This document shows positions 13,165 to 27,117 of a DNA stretch of 64,000 nucleotides, piece by piece (the first letter of the stretch is position 1; each line of letters begins with the position of its first letter). The notes beneath the pieces were generated by a model. That model ran no database searches, was not told the DNA's origin, and saw only the letters and a list, made by a program, of their open reading frames with translations. Position numbers and translations under genes: made by a program. The DNA lies in assembly GCF_036365525.1 (NCBI RefSeq), contig NC_090408.1, positions 15,539,599 through 15,603,598 on the forward strand, read 5' to 3'. The DNA comes from Heterodontus francisci. Lineage: Eukaryota.

Positions 13165-13493
13165 TAGAGTCAAACAGCACTGAAACAGGCCCTTTGGCCC
13201 ACGCCAACCATCAACCACCCATTTATACTAATCCTACATTAATCCATTTCCCTCTCCCATCCCCACCTTCCCTCAATTCTCCTACCACCTTCCTACACTA
13301 GGGGCAATTTACAATGGCCAATTTATCTATCAACCTGCAAGTCTTTGGCTTGTGGGAGGAAACCGGAGCGCCCGGAGGAAACCCGCACACTCACAGGGAG
13401 AGCTTGCAAACTCCACACAGGCAGTACCCAGAACCGAACCCAGGTCGCTGGAGCTGTGAGGCTGCGGCGCTAACATTCGCCACTGTGCCACCC
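13165..13493 (-). mobile_element. tRNA-derived V-domain SINE (HE1-like)
   Basis: Same family as 3506-3850. Confidence 0.9.
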
Positions 13494-13856
13494 CTAAAGG
13501 CGGTATTACATCATCTTTGCAGCAGTGCTCAAAAGCTCTCTTCCCCATTTGTGATTGACTTAAAAGGATTTGGCCTAGTCGATAAATGGGTAGCAGGCTT
13601 TAGCTTCAAGTTGTTTCAGCCCTGTTGAATCAGTCATCCAGGAACCCATAGATATAAAAGCACATAATGTATGTGGAGCGACCCCCTTGGATAGTGAGAT
13701 GATGCAGAGGAGAAGTGTCTTGAATGGTTGCTTTGAAATTGCTTGGAATGAACTGCAGATTAGGTGAAGTATAGCCTGGCCTTCTGCAATAAAATCTGAT
13801 TTACTGTTTTTAAGTTTTCCATAATTTTAAATTCATGGCCCACTGAAAATAAACAC

Positions 13857-15965
13857 ATAGCATCATAGAACGATTACAGCACAGAAGGTCATTCAGCCCA
13901 TTGTGCCCGCCTTGGCTCTCTATAGGAGCAACTCAGCCAGCCTCACTCCCTCACCTTTCCCCGTAGCCTTGCAAACTTTTTCTCTTCAGGTGCTTATCCA
14001 ATTCCTTTCTGAAAGTCATGATTGAAATTTGCCTCCACCACACTCTGATGTAGTGCATTCCAGATCCTAAACAGTCGCTGTGTAAAAAGGTTTGTCATTT
14101 CACCACAGCTTCTTTTGCCAAAAGCTTGAAAACGGTGTCCTCTGGTTTTTGACCCTTCCACCAATGTAAACAGTTTCTCTTTATCTACTGTCTGGACTGT
14201 TCATGATTTTGAGCACTTCAAATTTACACTCAATCTTTTCTTCTGTAAGGAGAATCACACCAACTTCTCTAATCTATGCACGTAACTGAAATCTCTCATC
14301 ATTGGAACCATTCTCATAAAACCTTTCTGCAGCTTTTCAAAGCCTTCACATTCTTCCTAAAATACAGTGCCCAGAATTGGGCACAATTTCCAGTTGAGAC
14401 CAAACCAGAGTTTTATAAAAGTTCATCATAACTTCCTTACTTTTGTACTCTGTGCCTTAATCTATAAAGCACAGGATCCCATAAACCTTTTTAACCACTT
14501 TTTCAACCTGCCCTGCCACCTTCAATGATTTGCATACATATACCCCCAGCTCTCTGTTCCTGCACCCACTTTAGAATTGGACCCTTTATTTTATTTTTTT
14601 TTAAAGTAATGATCCTCATACCTACCTCGAGGGAACACACACTTTCAGTCTTTCAGTTTCAAAAAACAATTCTTCACCATTATTACCATTTTGATGAAAG
14701 ATCACAGACCTGAAATGTTAACCGTTTCTCTCTCTCCACAGATGCTTCCAGATCTGCTGTGTATTTCCAGCACTTTGTTTTTATTTCAGATTCCCAGCAT
14801 CCGTAGTATTTTGCTTTTATCTTCACCATTACTCTCTGTTTCCAGTGACTCAGCCAACTTTGTATCCATGCTGCCACTTTCCCTTTTATTCCATGGGCTT
14901 CAAGTTTTCTGGCAAGTCTTTTATGTGTCACTTCATCAAACACATTTTGGAAATCCATATACATTCTATCAACTGCATTACCCTCATCAACCCTCTCTGT
15001 TACCTCATCAAAAAACTCTATCAAGTTAGTTAAGCATGATTTGCCTTTAAGAAATCAGTGCTAGATTTCCTTAATTAATCCATACTTGTCCAAGAGAGCG
15101 TTCATTTTGTCCTGGATTATCGTTCCTAAAAGCTTTTGCACCACTGAAGTTAAACTGACTGGTCTACAGTTGCTGGGTTTATACTTGCACCCTTTTTTAA
15201 ACAATGGTAACATTTGCAACTCTCCAGTCCTCTGGCACCACTAAGGAGAATTGGAAGATTATAGCCAGTGCCTCCTTAAATTCCACCCTTACTTCCCTCA
15301 GTAGCCTTGATGCATCTAATCCGGTCTTGGTGATTTATCAAATTTAAACACTGTCAAACTTTCTAATACCTTCTCTATCAATTTGTAGCCCATTCAGTAT
15401 CTCAACTATCTCCTCTTTCATTATGACTTAGGCAGCATTTTCTTCGTTGATAAAGACAGATGCAAAAGTATTCATCTGGTACCTCAGCCATGCCCTCTGC
15501 CTCCATGCATAGATCGTTTTTGATCCATAATTGGCCCCTCCCATCCTCTTACTACCTTTTTATTATTTATATGCCCAGAGAAGACTTTGGATTCCTTTTT
15601 ATGTTCGGTGCCAGTCTCTTGTGTACTCTTTCTTTGCCTCTAATATTTTCTTTTTCACTTCCCCTCTGAACTTTCTATATTCAGCCTGGTTCTCACTTAT
15701 ATTATCAACCTAACATCTGTCATACACCCACATTTTCTGCTTCATCTTACTCTCTATCTCTTTCATTATCCAGGGAGCTCTGGCTTTGTTTGCCCTACCT
15801 TTCCCCCTCTTGGAATGTACCTCAACTGTACCTGAACCATCTCCTCCTCCATTGTTCCGTTTTGCCTGCCAATCTTACCAATTTACCTGGGACAGATCTG
15901 TTTTCACTCCACTGAAATTGGCCCTGCCCCAATTAAGTATTTTTTACTCTGGGTTGTTCCTTGTC
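13857..15965 (-). mobile_element. Fragmented CR1-clade LINE(s), interrupted at about 14590-14825
   Basis: IEFFDEVTERVDEGNAVD..YMDFQ RT motif; CATAGAA-type tail at 13857. Confidence 0.8.
14689..14820 (+). mobile_element. Penelope-like terminal fragment (degenerate hammerhead region)
   Basis: Matches 47020-47120 (TGATGAAAG..CACAGACCTGAAA..TTAA...CTCCACAGATGC). Confidence 0.75.
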
Positions 15966-15999
15966 CTTATAGCTAGTATATTTACATTCCAGTTAACAT

Positions 16000-16050
16000 T
16001 ATTCAAACATACAAAAAAAACATTCCACATATCACATTACTTTTTTTATT
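16000..16050 (-). terminator. Probable polyadenylation signal of the MARCHF3-like gene (3' UTR about 1.2 kb)
   Basis: AATAAA on the minus strand at 16045-16050, followed by GT/T-rich sequence (GTGATATGTGGAATGTTTTTTTTTGTATGTTTG). 16050-17234 shows no recognisable repeat. Confidence 0.6.
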
Positions 16051-17234
16051 CTTAAACCAGGATATCATTCTCAATATTTAATTTCAACAGCAAAGAGATG
16101 CTAATTATTTAATGTCCAGTGCTGTGTGCTCATTTGATGTGACTTCATTTGCCTCATTGGCTTCGCAATCACTTAAGTGGACAAAAAGCAGACAAGGTCA
16201 TTAATCCATCATCTAGAATCTAGCTGAAGAATTTAGGAAATTAAGCAGCGTGAACCATTTCCAGACTTTGAAAGTATCTTTTATAGAACGACAGGCATTG
16301 AAACTAAAATAGCTCTTCTTTTGTTATCACCAAACTATTCAGCTTGGAAAACTGAAACCAGGATTAAAATGAAATATTAACAATTGCATATCAGTTGCTT
16401 GTATGGTTCACGTTAAAAATTATATATTTAACTTATTTGACTTGGCCTCCTCTGTGCTTATGATTCATCCAAACAAGCAAACGTTGACATTTTCATTTTG
16501 AAGGAAAATACACAGCTGAGAAGTGCATTGGACTTATAAACAGCTTTTTGCTCATTTGTTTAAAGTGCCAGTGTGTAGCATTCAATAAACTGTTTAAAAG
16601 CCTCAAAGGTAATTGTGGATGGGTGGTTAGTGTCTAATGGAGCATTGCAGTCCCTGACAGCTCCTCCCACCATTGCTAAGCCTATGCCAGACAACATACC
16701 AGTTGCAGCAAAATCCATGTATTGTCAGAATTTAATGGCTCCATATCTAAATTAACACCAGTGGAAAGCTACTTCCTACCTGGTCATTTTAATTACCCCC
16801 ATGAGAAAATTACTTTACTCGGAAAACTAATTCACCGCACCTTAATAAGCTTGATCAAATAACATAAGTATTCTCAAAAAATCATGAAGAATTTCACTTC
16901 CATTTTTGGTAGGTGGAAAACATGGACTAGTGCACTAAAGAAAAAAGAAATTTTTGGTTTCCCACCAATTCTAATATCCATCTTTGCCTTTGTTACCATT
17001 AAATGGTAATAGCAAACAATTCCCAATACAAATCAATACAAATACAGCAGAGGAAAGGCTGGTTAAAACTAGCAGGGTTCATTGAAAAGTCACAGTACAA
17101 CTGCTTAGTCTACATTCTTCACCCATCTTCACACTGACAAAAATCCATCCTTATTATTTTCTATAACAATCCAGAAGATTGCTCCCTCTTTCAGGCATAG
17201 TACACTTCAACATTCAATGCAGTTCTTTAAAAAG

Positions 17235-17393
17235 TTAGACAATAGTCTCTTTAGAAACAATAATGTTCGAGTTTCGAGCCAGAAGATTGGGTTGGTTGCT
17301 AAGTAGCCCTTGTGATTTTGGAATAAGCAATTTAACATTCTGGTTGGTCCGTCTCCATTCTTTGAGCAGTCGAATGTGGTATCGAAAAGAAGC
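17235..17393 (-). CDS. MARCHF3: MARCHF3-like last coding exon (cytosolic tail, PDZ-binding ETIV)
   Basis: Not in the ORF track; translated by hand after acceptor CTACAG|: ASFRYHIRLLKEWRRTNQNVKLLIPKSQGLLSNQPNLLARNSNIIVSKETIV-TAA (159 bp). Close to the recalled MARCH3 tail ...EWRRTNQRVILLIPKS...SNQPSLL...SKETVV. Confidence 0.93.
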   Translation of the reverse strand, partial: ASFRYHIRLLKEWRRTNQNVKLLIPKSQGLLSNQPNLLARNSNIIVSKETIV

Positions 17394-17635
17394 CTGTAGC
17401 CGAAAGTAAGAAAGGTATATTAGGTTTTAAATCAGTTTTGCACTTTATCAGTTTAGTAGATTTTTGTAAATGCAAGTTGTGTCCTGTTAACTCCTACTTA
17501 GCAATTTGATATTTGTGCATCTTCTATAAACCTGTGACAGTGGCTCTCAAAACATTAAGCACTAGAATGAATGTACTATATGTATAAAAATATACTTCTA
17601 AATGAATTGCACATACATTTATAAAAGATACTCAC

Positions 17636-17845
17636 AGTGGTCCAGAGTAGGTAAATTGTAATTAGGACAGCTGAAAGGATAAGAAGCCCAACTGCTTCTA
17701 TACTGCTACTGAAGTAAAAATGGTCAACTGTCCCTTGGACACACAGCCAGCCCGACAAACTGGCCAAGGGGGTAATGAAAAGAAAACAAATAATGTCTCC
17801 ACATAGCATCCTCCTCTTCTGTTGCAGTGCAGGATCCTTGAGCCA
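17636..17845 (-). CDS. MARCHF3: MARCHF3-like coding exon 3 (two transmembrane helices)
   Basis: WLKDP...CFLFITPLASLSGWLC...DH...EAVGLLILSAVLITIYLLWTT. Acceptor TTTTTCCAG| and donor ACT|GTGAGT; 210 bp, phase 0/0. Confidence 0.95.
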
Positions 17846-17856
17846 CTGGAAAAATG

Positions 17857-18196
17857 GATAGAGAGTCATGGAGAGTCATAGAGAGATACAGCACTGAAAC
17901 AGGCCCTTCAGCCCACCAAGTCTGTGCTGACCAACAGCCACCCATTTATACTAATCCTACATTAATCCCATATTCCCTACTACATCCCCACCATTCTCCT
18001 ACCACCATCTACACTTGGGGCAATTTACAATGGCCAATTTACCTATCAACCTGCAAGTCTTTGGCTGTGGGAGGAAACCGGAGCACCCGGCAGAAACCCA
18101 CGCGGTCACAAGGAGAACTTGCAAACTCCGCACAGGCAGTACCCAGAACCAAACCCGGGTCGCTGGAGCTCTGAGGCTGCGGTGCTAAACCACTGT
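17857..18196 (-). mobile_element. tRNA-derived V-domain SINE abutting a splice acceptor
   Basis: Same SINE family. The (CTATGACT)-like tail ends about 10 nt before the AG at 17846-17847. Confidence 0.9.
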
Positions 18197-18764
18197 ATAT
18201 AGGTTTAAAAAAAACTGTATCAAGTTACCTTTTTCAGGCTACCAGTGTGCTTATAATACTCTGTGATTGGTGCTATGTGGATTGTTCTATGCAGTTTTCA
18301 GATCAGTAACAAATTCTCATAACCATCCAGCCTGTTGCCCAACTGTTGCAAAAAATACTTGTGAATTTCCTAGGCTGCTGCTCATGTTAAGGGAAACAAT
18401 GCATTGTTTCATGAGAATAGGAGATCATTTAGCATGTGAAACATCATGCATTACGCTGCTGCTACAGATTAGCTGTGCACCCTTTTATGGCTGCAAAGTT
18501 CAACTGATATATGTCACCACTGGGGGAGTTTATTGAATAGTTATTTGACAATGAGGCGAGAGATTACAACCCTTGCTTTGTTGGTTGAAATAGCCTTCAG
18601 CCAGTTTGGTCCTGGTAACTTTTTGTGCATAGAGAGTTTATTTATATGAATGCAGACATTTGAAAAGTGTTGAGAGAGAACTTTACATTGATCAATGTAC
18701 AATGCCTGAAGTGTAAGACATGTGCCAAACAGGAAGTGATGACAAATCTTATAATGTTATATAT

Positions 18765-19408
18765 AAAGAACAAAGAACAGTACAGCACAGGAACAACCTC
18801 CAAGCCTGCACCAATCTTGATGCCTGTCTAAACTAAAACTGTCTGCACTTCCGGGGTCCGTATCCCTCTATTCCCATCCTATTCATGTATTTCTCAAGAT
18901 GCCTCTTAAACGTCGCTATCGTACCTGCTTCCACCACCTCCCCGGCAACAAGTTCCAGGCACTCACCACCCTCTGTGTAAAAAACTTGCCTCGCACATCC
19001 GCTCTAAACTTTGCCCCTCGCACCTTAAACCTAGGTCCCCTAGTAACTGACTCTTCCACCCTGGGAAAAAGCTTCTGACTATCCACTCTGTCCATGCCGC
19101 TCATAACTTTGTAAACCTCTATCATGTCGCCCCTCCACCTCTATCGTTCCAGTGAAAACAATCCGAGTTTATCCAACCTCTCCTCATAGCTAATACCCTC
19201 CAGACCAGGCAACATCCTGGTAAACCTCTTCTGTACCCTCTCCAAAGCTTCCACGTCTTTCTGGTGGTGTGGCGACCAGAATTGTACGCAGTATTCCAAG
19301 TGTGGCCTAACTAAGGTTCTGTACAGCTGCAGCATGACTTGCCAATTTTTATACTCTATGCCCCGACCAATGAAGGCAAGCATGCCGTATGCCTTCTTGA
19401 CTACCTTA
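18765..19408 (-). mobile_element. Young CR1-clade LINE 3' fragment (HER1-like)
   Basis: LVRPHLEYCVQFWSPH motif; AAGAACAAAGAACA tail; nearly identical to 60490-61255. Confidence 0.92.
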
Positions 19409-20124
19409 TAGAAGCTAGTGCTGACTTGAATTGTATCATTTGCAATGAAAACAATTTTACCCAGGTCCATGAGTTTTCTGCCAGATGACAGAAAGCAGAT
19501 TTATCAGCATAAATAATATTAGCTGACTCACATGATGCTGAGCTCTCAGAATTTGATTTAAAATAAGATTACTATAAAAAGGACCTCGATGCAATGTGTC
19601 ACTTCAATTTTTACAGAGGCTCAAATATTGAATGATTGTGGCAATTGGAAAAATGAAATTATGAATCTACCTCCCTATTTAAAAAAATTTACATTTTCAA
19701 AATCATTCTTTAAAGTCAACCATTTATAGAACTAGATCATTTGAAAACTTCTGCTCTATACTACTTCATCAGGAGTATAAATTGAATATTCGGGACTGGA
19801 GCAGGGAGCACATGACGTCTCACTGCTAAAATAGAGGTGTGTTTAAAGCACTCTATCCCTTTAAGCTCATTACTCAGGCACTCCTTGTGGAGAAGAGGTC
19901 TAAATGGGCAATTGTAGATTGCAACTGTAGGTTAATTGCTGAGGTAAGTTTCTGTAGATGAGCAGCTGTTTCTAAATATCTGGCTCCTACACTTGAAGAA
20001 TGGCCAGATAATTATTATCTATTAAAAAGCATTTGAAGTTTATCATCTGAAGTTTAGTATTTGAAGTTTGGCTTGTGAAGTGTGACAGTTGCATGTAGGA
20101 TACAAGACTTTACATCAACAAAAC

Positions 20125-21915
20125 ATACAGACTCATAAAAACTTACAGCTAAGTGGTAGGTCATTTGCCCCGTTGTGTCTGTGCTGGCTCTTTGACAGCG
20201 CGGTTGTGCTTAGTCTCACATTTTTTGGCCATGAACCTGTAAGTTCCTCATCCTCAAGAATCTTATTTTTGATTTATTTATTTATGAAATCAGCTTCCAC
20301 CACCTTTTCAGTCCAGATCCAGACAACTCCCTGTGTGAAAAAATGATCCCCATCTCCCTGCTAAATCTTTTGCCAATTATTTTAAATCTATGACCTCTGG
20401 TTATTGGCCCACTCAGCAGAGTGAATAGCTTTTCTTTATCTATTCTATCAATACCTCTCAACACCTTGAATATTTCTATTAGGTCACCTCTTAATCTTTT
20501 TTCCAAGAAGAATAATCGGAACTTTTCCAACCTCTCCTCATAACTGAAGTTCCTCTTCCCTGGTGACAGCCTACCTCTGTACCCTTTCTAAGGCCGTTAC
20601 ATCTTTCCTGAAGTTTGGTGCTCAGAGTTGTCCACAATACTCCACCTAAGGCCTAACCAATGATATACCAAGTTCCAGTATGATCTCTTTGCTTTTATTT
20701 TATATTTAGAAACATGAGGAAACCATATTTTTTAACCACTTTATCAATTTGCCCTGCCAACTTTAAGGATTTGTGTATATGGATACCAAGCTCTCTCTGC
20801 TTATCTACACTTTTAAAATTATGCCATTTATAGTATACTGTCTTTCTATATTAGTCCACCTATAGTGAATGACTTTACACTTCTCCACATCTGCCATGCT
20901 TCTGCCCATTTCACCATCCTGTCAATGTCATATGGAAGTCTGCATCTATCCTCATCATTATTTATTACTTTTCTAAGTTTTGTATCATCTACAAACTTCC
21001 TAATGCTGCTCCCTATACCTGAATTCATAAAAAATTGGAAAGAGTAATGGACCTAAAACTGACCCTTAGGGAATACCACTGCAAACCACTTCCCAGTCTG
21101 GAAACTATCCATCCACCACCACACTTTGCTTCATGTCACTGAGCCAATTCTGTATCCATACCATCACTTTCCCCATAATTCCATATTCTCAACAAGCCTC
21201 CTGTGAGACACTTTGTCAAATGCTTTCTGAAAGTCCATACACTACCACACTACCTTATCAACCTTCTCTGTTACCTTATGAAAGAATTGAACCAAGTCAG
21301 ACAGACATGATTTGCCTTTAAGAAGTCCATGCTAGCGCTCATTAATCGATGACTTTCCAAATGTGAGATTATGGTTTCCAATAACTTCCCACCACCAATG
21401 TTTAGCCTGTAATTCCCTGACTTATCCCTCTCCTCTTTCTTGTACCATGGTATAACATTAGCAACCCTCCAGTCCTACTCCTGTATCCAACGAGGACTGA
21501 AAGATTATGACTAATTCCTCTGCTTCTTTCAGCAACCTAGAATGCATTCCACTCAGACCAGGTGATTTACCAACTTTAAGTAATGCTAATCGTTTTAGTA
21601 TGTCTTCTCTATTTGTTACTATCCTGTCCATAACTTCCCTCTCCTCTTTTAGTGTAACTGTCACATCATTCACTTCTTTTGCAAAGACAGATGCAAAGTA
21701 CTCATTTAGTATTTTAGCCATATCTTCTGCCTCGACGTAAAGATTTCCATTTGGGTCCTTAATAGGACCAACTTTTTTCTTAGCTAACCACTGACATTTT
21801 GTATGTTTAGAAAATGTTTCAGGGTTCAATTTAATGTTACCTACAAATTATTTCTCTTTACCTCTCTTTGCCTTCAGTGTTAACTTTTTCAATTCTCTCC
21901 TGTACTTCCCATGTA
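20125..21915 (-). mobile_element. Old CR1-clade LINE fragment
   Basis: KFVDDTKL, LNEYFASVF and KSPGLSGMHSRLLKE motifs. Confidence 0.85.
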
Positions 21916-22509
21916 CATGTCTACACTTCATATCTACATATAGTATTTCCTGTTGTTCAATTACACCTTTCATTTTGTTATAAGGAAGACAACAAAGTTA
22001 GACTTAAATATTTAAAAAAAACAAGTAGATTAACAATGGACTATCAAAAGTCAATTCTTTTCAGAAAATTCGTTTACCAAAAATCTTTTATTTCAATAAA
22101 TATCTTTTTACTCCCCTGTTTATTTTTCTTGGCTCTTATCAATGAGACCTCTTCACTTCCATTAAATATCCTTCAGTCAAATGGATAGTAAATCATAAAT
22201 TTCTCCATGACCATCATTTTGTGCCTGGTTAAAAGGAAGCAATGACTGCAATCAGCCAAGGCAATATCTGAGCGTTCCCATCCATTAAGATGTTGTACAT
22301 ACTCCAAAGCATAAAAATTCCACCCAGTATTCCAGATGACAACTAGCAAACCTCACACAACTGAAACATGAAAAAGGTTCGGGTAGCCACAAGACACCAA
22401 GTTATGAAGCCTTTAATATTAATATGAGGTTGCTGAGCCAGTAATTCTCTCACATTTTATAGTCTTTTCTATTTTTCTTTAAGAAGCAATGCAGCAGTGT
22501 TCCTTTTAC

Positions 22510-22705
22510 CTCTGTTAGTGGTCTTGGCATTCGCTCCAAAGCAAATTCAAAGTGACATAGTTCACAGTGGCTGGAACAGGAAGCTGCCAGCCATTGCTCC
22601 AGGCAACTGCGATGAACTGTCCCCAAAGTCCCAGAGCACTCACATGGGGAGAGAAGGTTCTCCTTATCACTGGGTTCATGGCAAATTCTACAGATTGGAA
22701 TATCA
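22510..22705 (-). CDS. MARCHF3: MARCHF3-like coding exon 2 (RING-CH / RINGv domain)
   Basis: [46 protein letters not shown] contains all C4HC3 ligands and the conserved Trp. Acceptor TTTTGTGCAG|T and donor GAG|GTAAAA; 196 bp. Confidence 0.95.
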
Positions 22706-23089
22706 CTGCACAAAATGGAAGAGAGAAAATCTAATAATGGTTATCTTTTACTTAAGACTTAGGTTTTACGATCTATTTGTTTAGAACACTGAATGATAAG
22801 GCATGTATCTTCCACCAACAGTTCCATTAACTTCAGGGATAAAATCAGTCTTGGGAAAAACAGGAGTTAGTGAATCAACAGCCAGTTTTAGAATACTCCT
22901 GATTCAGTGGAAAAAGGAAATCGGCGACTGTGTAAAATGTACTGTCTATTTGGTAGCCTTCAGCAGACCAATTTCCAATCCCCTTCCCCAACCTCACATT
23001 CCCAATGAGATGGATTGCCATTCATTTGAAATTATTTTAAAGCAGTGACTTTAGAAAAACCTTTATAAATCACTGGTTGAACATCAGCC

Positions 23090-23566
23090 GGAGAATTGCA
23101 TGCTATTCTGGGCACCACACTTCAGAAAGGATATCAAGGCCTTAGATGATGTGCAAAGGAGATTTATTGGAATAGTACCAGGGATAAGAGACCTCAATTA
23201 TAAGGAGAGACTTGAGAAGCTGGGATTGTTCTCCTTAGAGCAGAGAAGGTTTAATAAATATGGGGAGTTTTGATAAAATAAATAGGGGGAAACTATTTCC
23301 ACTGGCAGAAGTGTTAGTAACCAGACGGGAGAGGAAGAGAATTTTTTTTTTTACACAACAAGTTATGAACTGGAAGGGATGTGGAAGCAGATTCAATATA
23401 ACCTACAAAATGGAATTGGATATATACTATATATAAGGGGAAAAATTTGCAGGGCTCTGGGAAAAGAGCAGAGTAGTGGGACTAATTGGATAGATCTTTC
23501 AAAAAATCAGTACAGGCACAATGGGCCAAATAGTCTCCTTCCGTGCTCTATTATTCAATGATTCTA
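23090..23566 (+). mobile_element. CR1-clade LINE 3' fragment
   Basis: TTCTGGGCACCACAC, GGATTGTTCTCCTTAGAGCAGAGAAGG and a CR1-type tail. Confidence 0.75.
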
Positions 23567-24179
23567 AATGGCTTTGCAAGCTACCCGAGGGGTAGGGAAC
23601 ATCCATAGTTTCATGGGATCTTAAGACTAAATACTTGGTGTAGCAGACTCAATGGCTTTTCAAATAGATTGCCCATACTGAATCTAATGTTATTTAGGGA
23701 GGTGACCTCAAATGATTGGCTGTTTTAACTAAGTCATCCAATTAGAAGAATCCAAACAAAGATCATAGTATATCTGTTGAAGTAAGAGTTGCTTTATGGA
23801 GAATCTCCAAGTATTGCTGAGCCTGGAAAATGGGAGCCAATACAGATATACCTTTGGATCTGAATTTTCATAAACAAGGCATTAATTTGTCTGCTCTATT
23901 GCAATTTACCTTAAGACTTTCATTTCACATCAACACATATTGGTGCAAGACAATAACACAGGCGTAATGTGAAATTGGATTTTTTTCCCCAAGATTTCTT
24001 TCCTGGTAACACTCTCACCATCTGGTGAACTAAGTGGCTGGGTGTACATCTGCTGTGCGTGCCATACAACTTTACTGCTGTTGACTCAACAGGACTGATC
24101 CTATACTACATTGACAAATTATCGCAAAATATTATCAGGGGACATCCTCCTTCACCATGGACATGACAACAAGGACTGC

Positions 24180-26900
24180 ATGAGGGGTGAGCACGACTGG
24201 CAGCTCAATGTTCCGGGGTACCAATCCTCCCAGTGTGACAGAGGTGGAGGTGAGAGAGGAGGGGGAGTTGCACTATTGATTAGGGAGGACATCACGGCAG
24301 TACTTAGAGAGGATATCTTGGGGGAATGCCCAGCGAGGCCATATGGGTAGAAATTAGAAATAAGAAAGGGGTGATCATTTTGATGGGATTATATTATAGG
24401 CCCCCCAATAGTCAGAGGGAAGTGGAGGAGCATATATGTAGGGAAATCACAGATAGGTGTAGGAATTATAGGGTTGTAATAGGTGATTTTAACTTGCCTA
24501 ATATTGACTGGGACTGCCTTAGTGCTAAGGGATCAGATGGGGAAGAATTTGTTAAGTGTGTCCAGGATAGTTTTCTGAAGCAGTATGTGGATGGCCCTAC
24601 TAGAGAAGGGGCTACACTCGACCTCCTCTTAGGAAATGAGGATGGGCAGCTGATTGATGTGTCAGTGGGGGAGCACTTTGGAACCAGTGACCATAACTCT
24701 ATTAGCTTCAAGGTAGTTATGGAAAAGGATAGGACTGGTCCTCAGGTTGAAGTCCTAAATTGGGGGAAGGCTAATTTCAATGGCATCAGACATGAACTCT
24801 CAAAAGTTGAATGGAGAGGCTGTTTACAGGTAAAGGGACATCTGGCAAGTGGGAGGCTGTTAAAAGTGAGATAGGAAGAGTTCAGGGATGGCATGTTCCT
24901 GTTAGATGGAAGGGCAAGGATGGCAAGTTTGGTTGACGAGGGATATTGAGGGTCTGGTCAGGACAAAGAAGGAGGCATATGTCAGGAATAGGCAGCTGGG
25001 ATTGAGCCAGTCCCTCGAGGAGTATAGGGGATGTAGGACTACACTTAAGAAGGAAATTAGGAGGGAGAAAAGGGGCCATGAGATTCCCTGGCAGATAAGA
25101 TAAAGGAGAATCCTAAAAGATTCTGAAAGTATATTAAGAGTAAAAGGGTAGGTAGGGAGAGAGTAGAATCAGTGTGGCAATCTATGCGTGGAGCCACGGG
25201 AAAATGGCGAGGTCTTAAATGAATATTTCTTGTCCGTATTTACCGTGGAGAAGGTCATGGAAGCTAGTGAGTTCAAGGGAGGGAACAACGATATCCCGAA
25301 GGATATCAACATTACAAAGGAGGAGGTGTTGGAGGTTTTGAAGCACATTAAGGTGGATAAATCCCCAGGGCCTGACCAGGTGTATCCTAGGATGCTATGG
25401 GAAGCCAGGGAGGTGATTGCTGGGGCCCTGGCAGAGATTTCTGTATCATCGTTAGCCACGGGTGAGGTACCGGAAGACAGAAGGATAGCTAATGTTGTGC
25501 CTTTATTTAAGAAGGGCAGCAGGGATAATCCAGGGAACTACAGGCCGGTGAGTGTTACATCAGTGGTGGAAAAGTTATTGGAAGGGATTCTGAGAGACAG
25601 GATTTATATGCATCTGGAAAGTCGTGGTCTGATTAGGGATAGCGTGGGAAATGATGTCTGACGAATTTGACTGAGTTTTTCGAGGAGGTGAGGTGACCAA
25701 GAGGATTGGCGAGGGCAGGGCGATGGACGTAGTCTACATGGACTTTAGCAAGGCCTTTGACAAGGTCCCACATGGTAGGCTGGTCCAGAAGGTTTGAACA
25801 TATGGGATCCAGGGTGAGCTCGCAAATTGGAGACAAAATTGGCTTGGTGATAGGAGGCAGAGGGTGGTAGTGGAGGGTTGTTTTTCAGATTGGAGGCTGG
25901 TGACCCGTGGTGTGCTGCAGGGATCGGTGCTGGGCCCTCTGTTGTTTGTCATATATATTAATGACTTGGATGTGAATGTAGGGGGCATGATTAGTAAGTT
26001 TGCAGATGACACCAAAATTGGTGGTATAGTGGACAGTGAAGAAGGTTGTCTAAGGTTACAACAGGATATAGATCAACTGGGAAAGTGGGCAAGGGAGTGG
26101 CAAATGGAATTTAACGCAGACAAGTGTGAAGTGCCGCATTTTGGGAAGTTAAACCAGGGCAGGACATATACAGTGAATGGCAGGGCCCTGGGGAGTGTTC
26201 TTGAGCGGAGAGATCTTGGGGTGCAAGTACATTGTTCCCTGAAAGTGGCAACACAGGTAGACAGGGTGGTAAAGAAGGCTTCTGGGATGCTAGCCTTCAT
26301 CGGCCGAGGCATTGAGTACAAGAGTTGGGACATAATGTTACAGTTGTACATAACGTTGGTTAGGCCGCATTTGGAATACTGTGTGCAGTTCTGGTCGCCG
26401 CACTACAGGAAAGATGTGATTAAGCTAGAGAGGGTGCAGAAAAGATTCACAAGGATGTTGCCTGGTTTGGAGGGCTTGAGTTATAAAGAGGGATTGGATA
26501 GTCTGGGTCTGTTTTCCCTGGAGCGAAGGAGGCTGAGCGGGGTCATGATAGAGGTATATAAAATTATGAGAGGCATAGATAGGGTCTCCCATGGTAGGGA
26601 TGACTAAAACTAGAGGGCATAGATTTAAGGTGAGAGGGAGGAGGTTTAAAGGAGATCAAAGGGGTAAATTTTTCACACAAAGAATAGTGGGTATCTGGAA
26701 TGAGCTGCCTGAGGTGGTGGTGGAGGCAGGAACAGTAGCAACATTTAAGAGGCATCTGGACAGGTACTTGAATGAGCAAGGCATAGAGGGATATGGAATT
26801 AATGCAGGCAGTTGGGATTAGTATAGATAGGCATTATGGTTGGCCTGGACGCGGTGGGCCGAAGGGCCTGTTTCTATGCTGTACGATTCTATGACTCTAT
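24180..26900 (+). mobile_element. Long CR1-clade LINE (APE endonuclease + RT, frameshifted)
   Basis: YYRPPNS, IGDFNLPNIDW and SDHN (APE); PGNYRPVS, QGSVLGPLLF and FADDTK (RT); tail CTATGACTCTA shared with the V-SINE. Confidence 0.95.
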
Positions 26901-27117
26901 AAACATCATGATCATCAACAGTATCAGTTTATAGGAGAAAAGGGAGGATTTTATGTGCTATGTGGACTTTGAGCTGTGTGTGGCCTTTCATTAGGAACAA
27001 GTTAATCAACAGATGCAGATAACAACATCTTTGAATGATCAGAATTGTGAGTTGTTTGAGTGCTGCATCAATTGTAGTTTGTCGAAATATAGTACAAGTA
27101 AACTCACTCATGTGGCC

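Noticed and set aside
19800-19950. + strand TGACGTC motif and perfect donor GAG|GTAAGT at 19943 (possible antisense exon)
   Set aside because: Short motifs expected by chance; no acceptor or ORF support.
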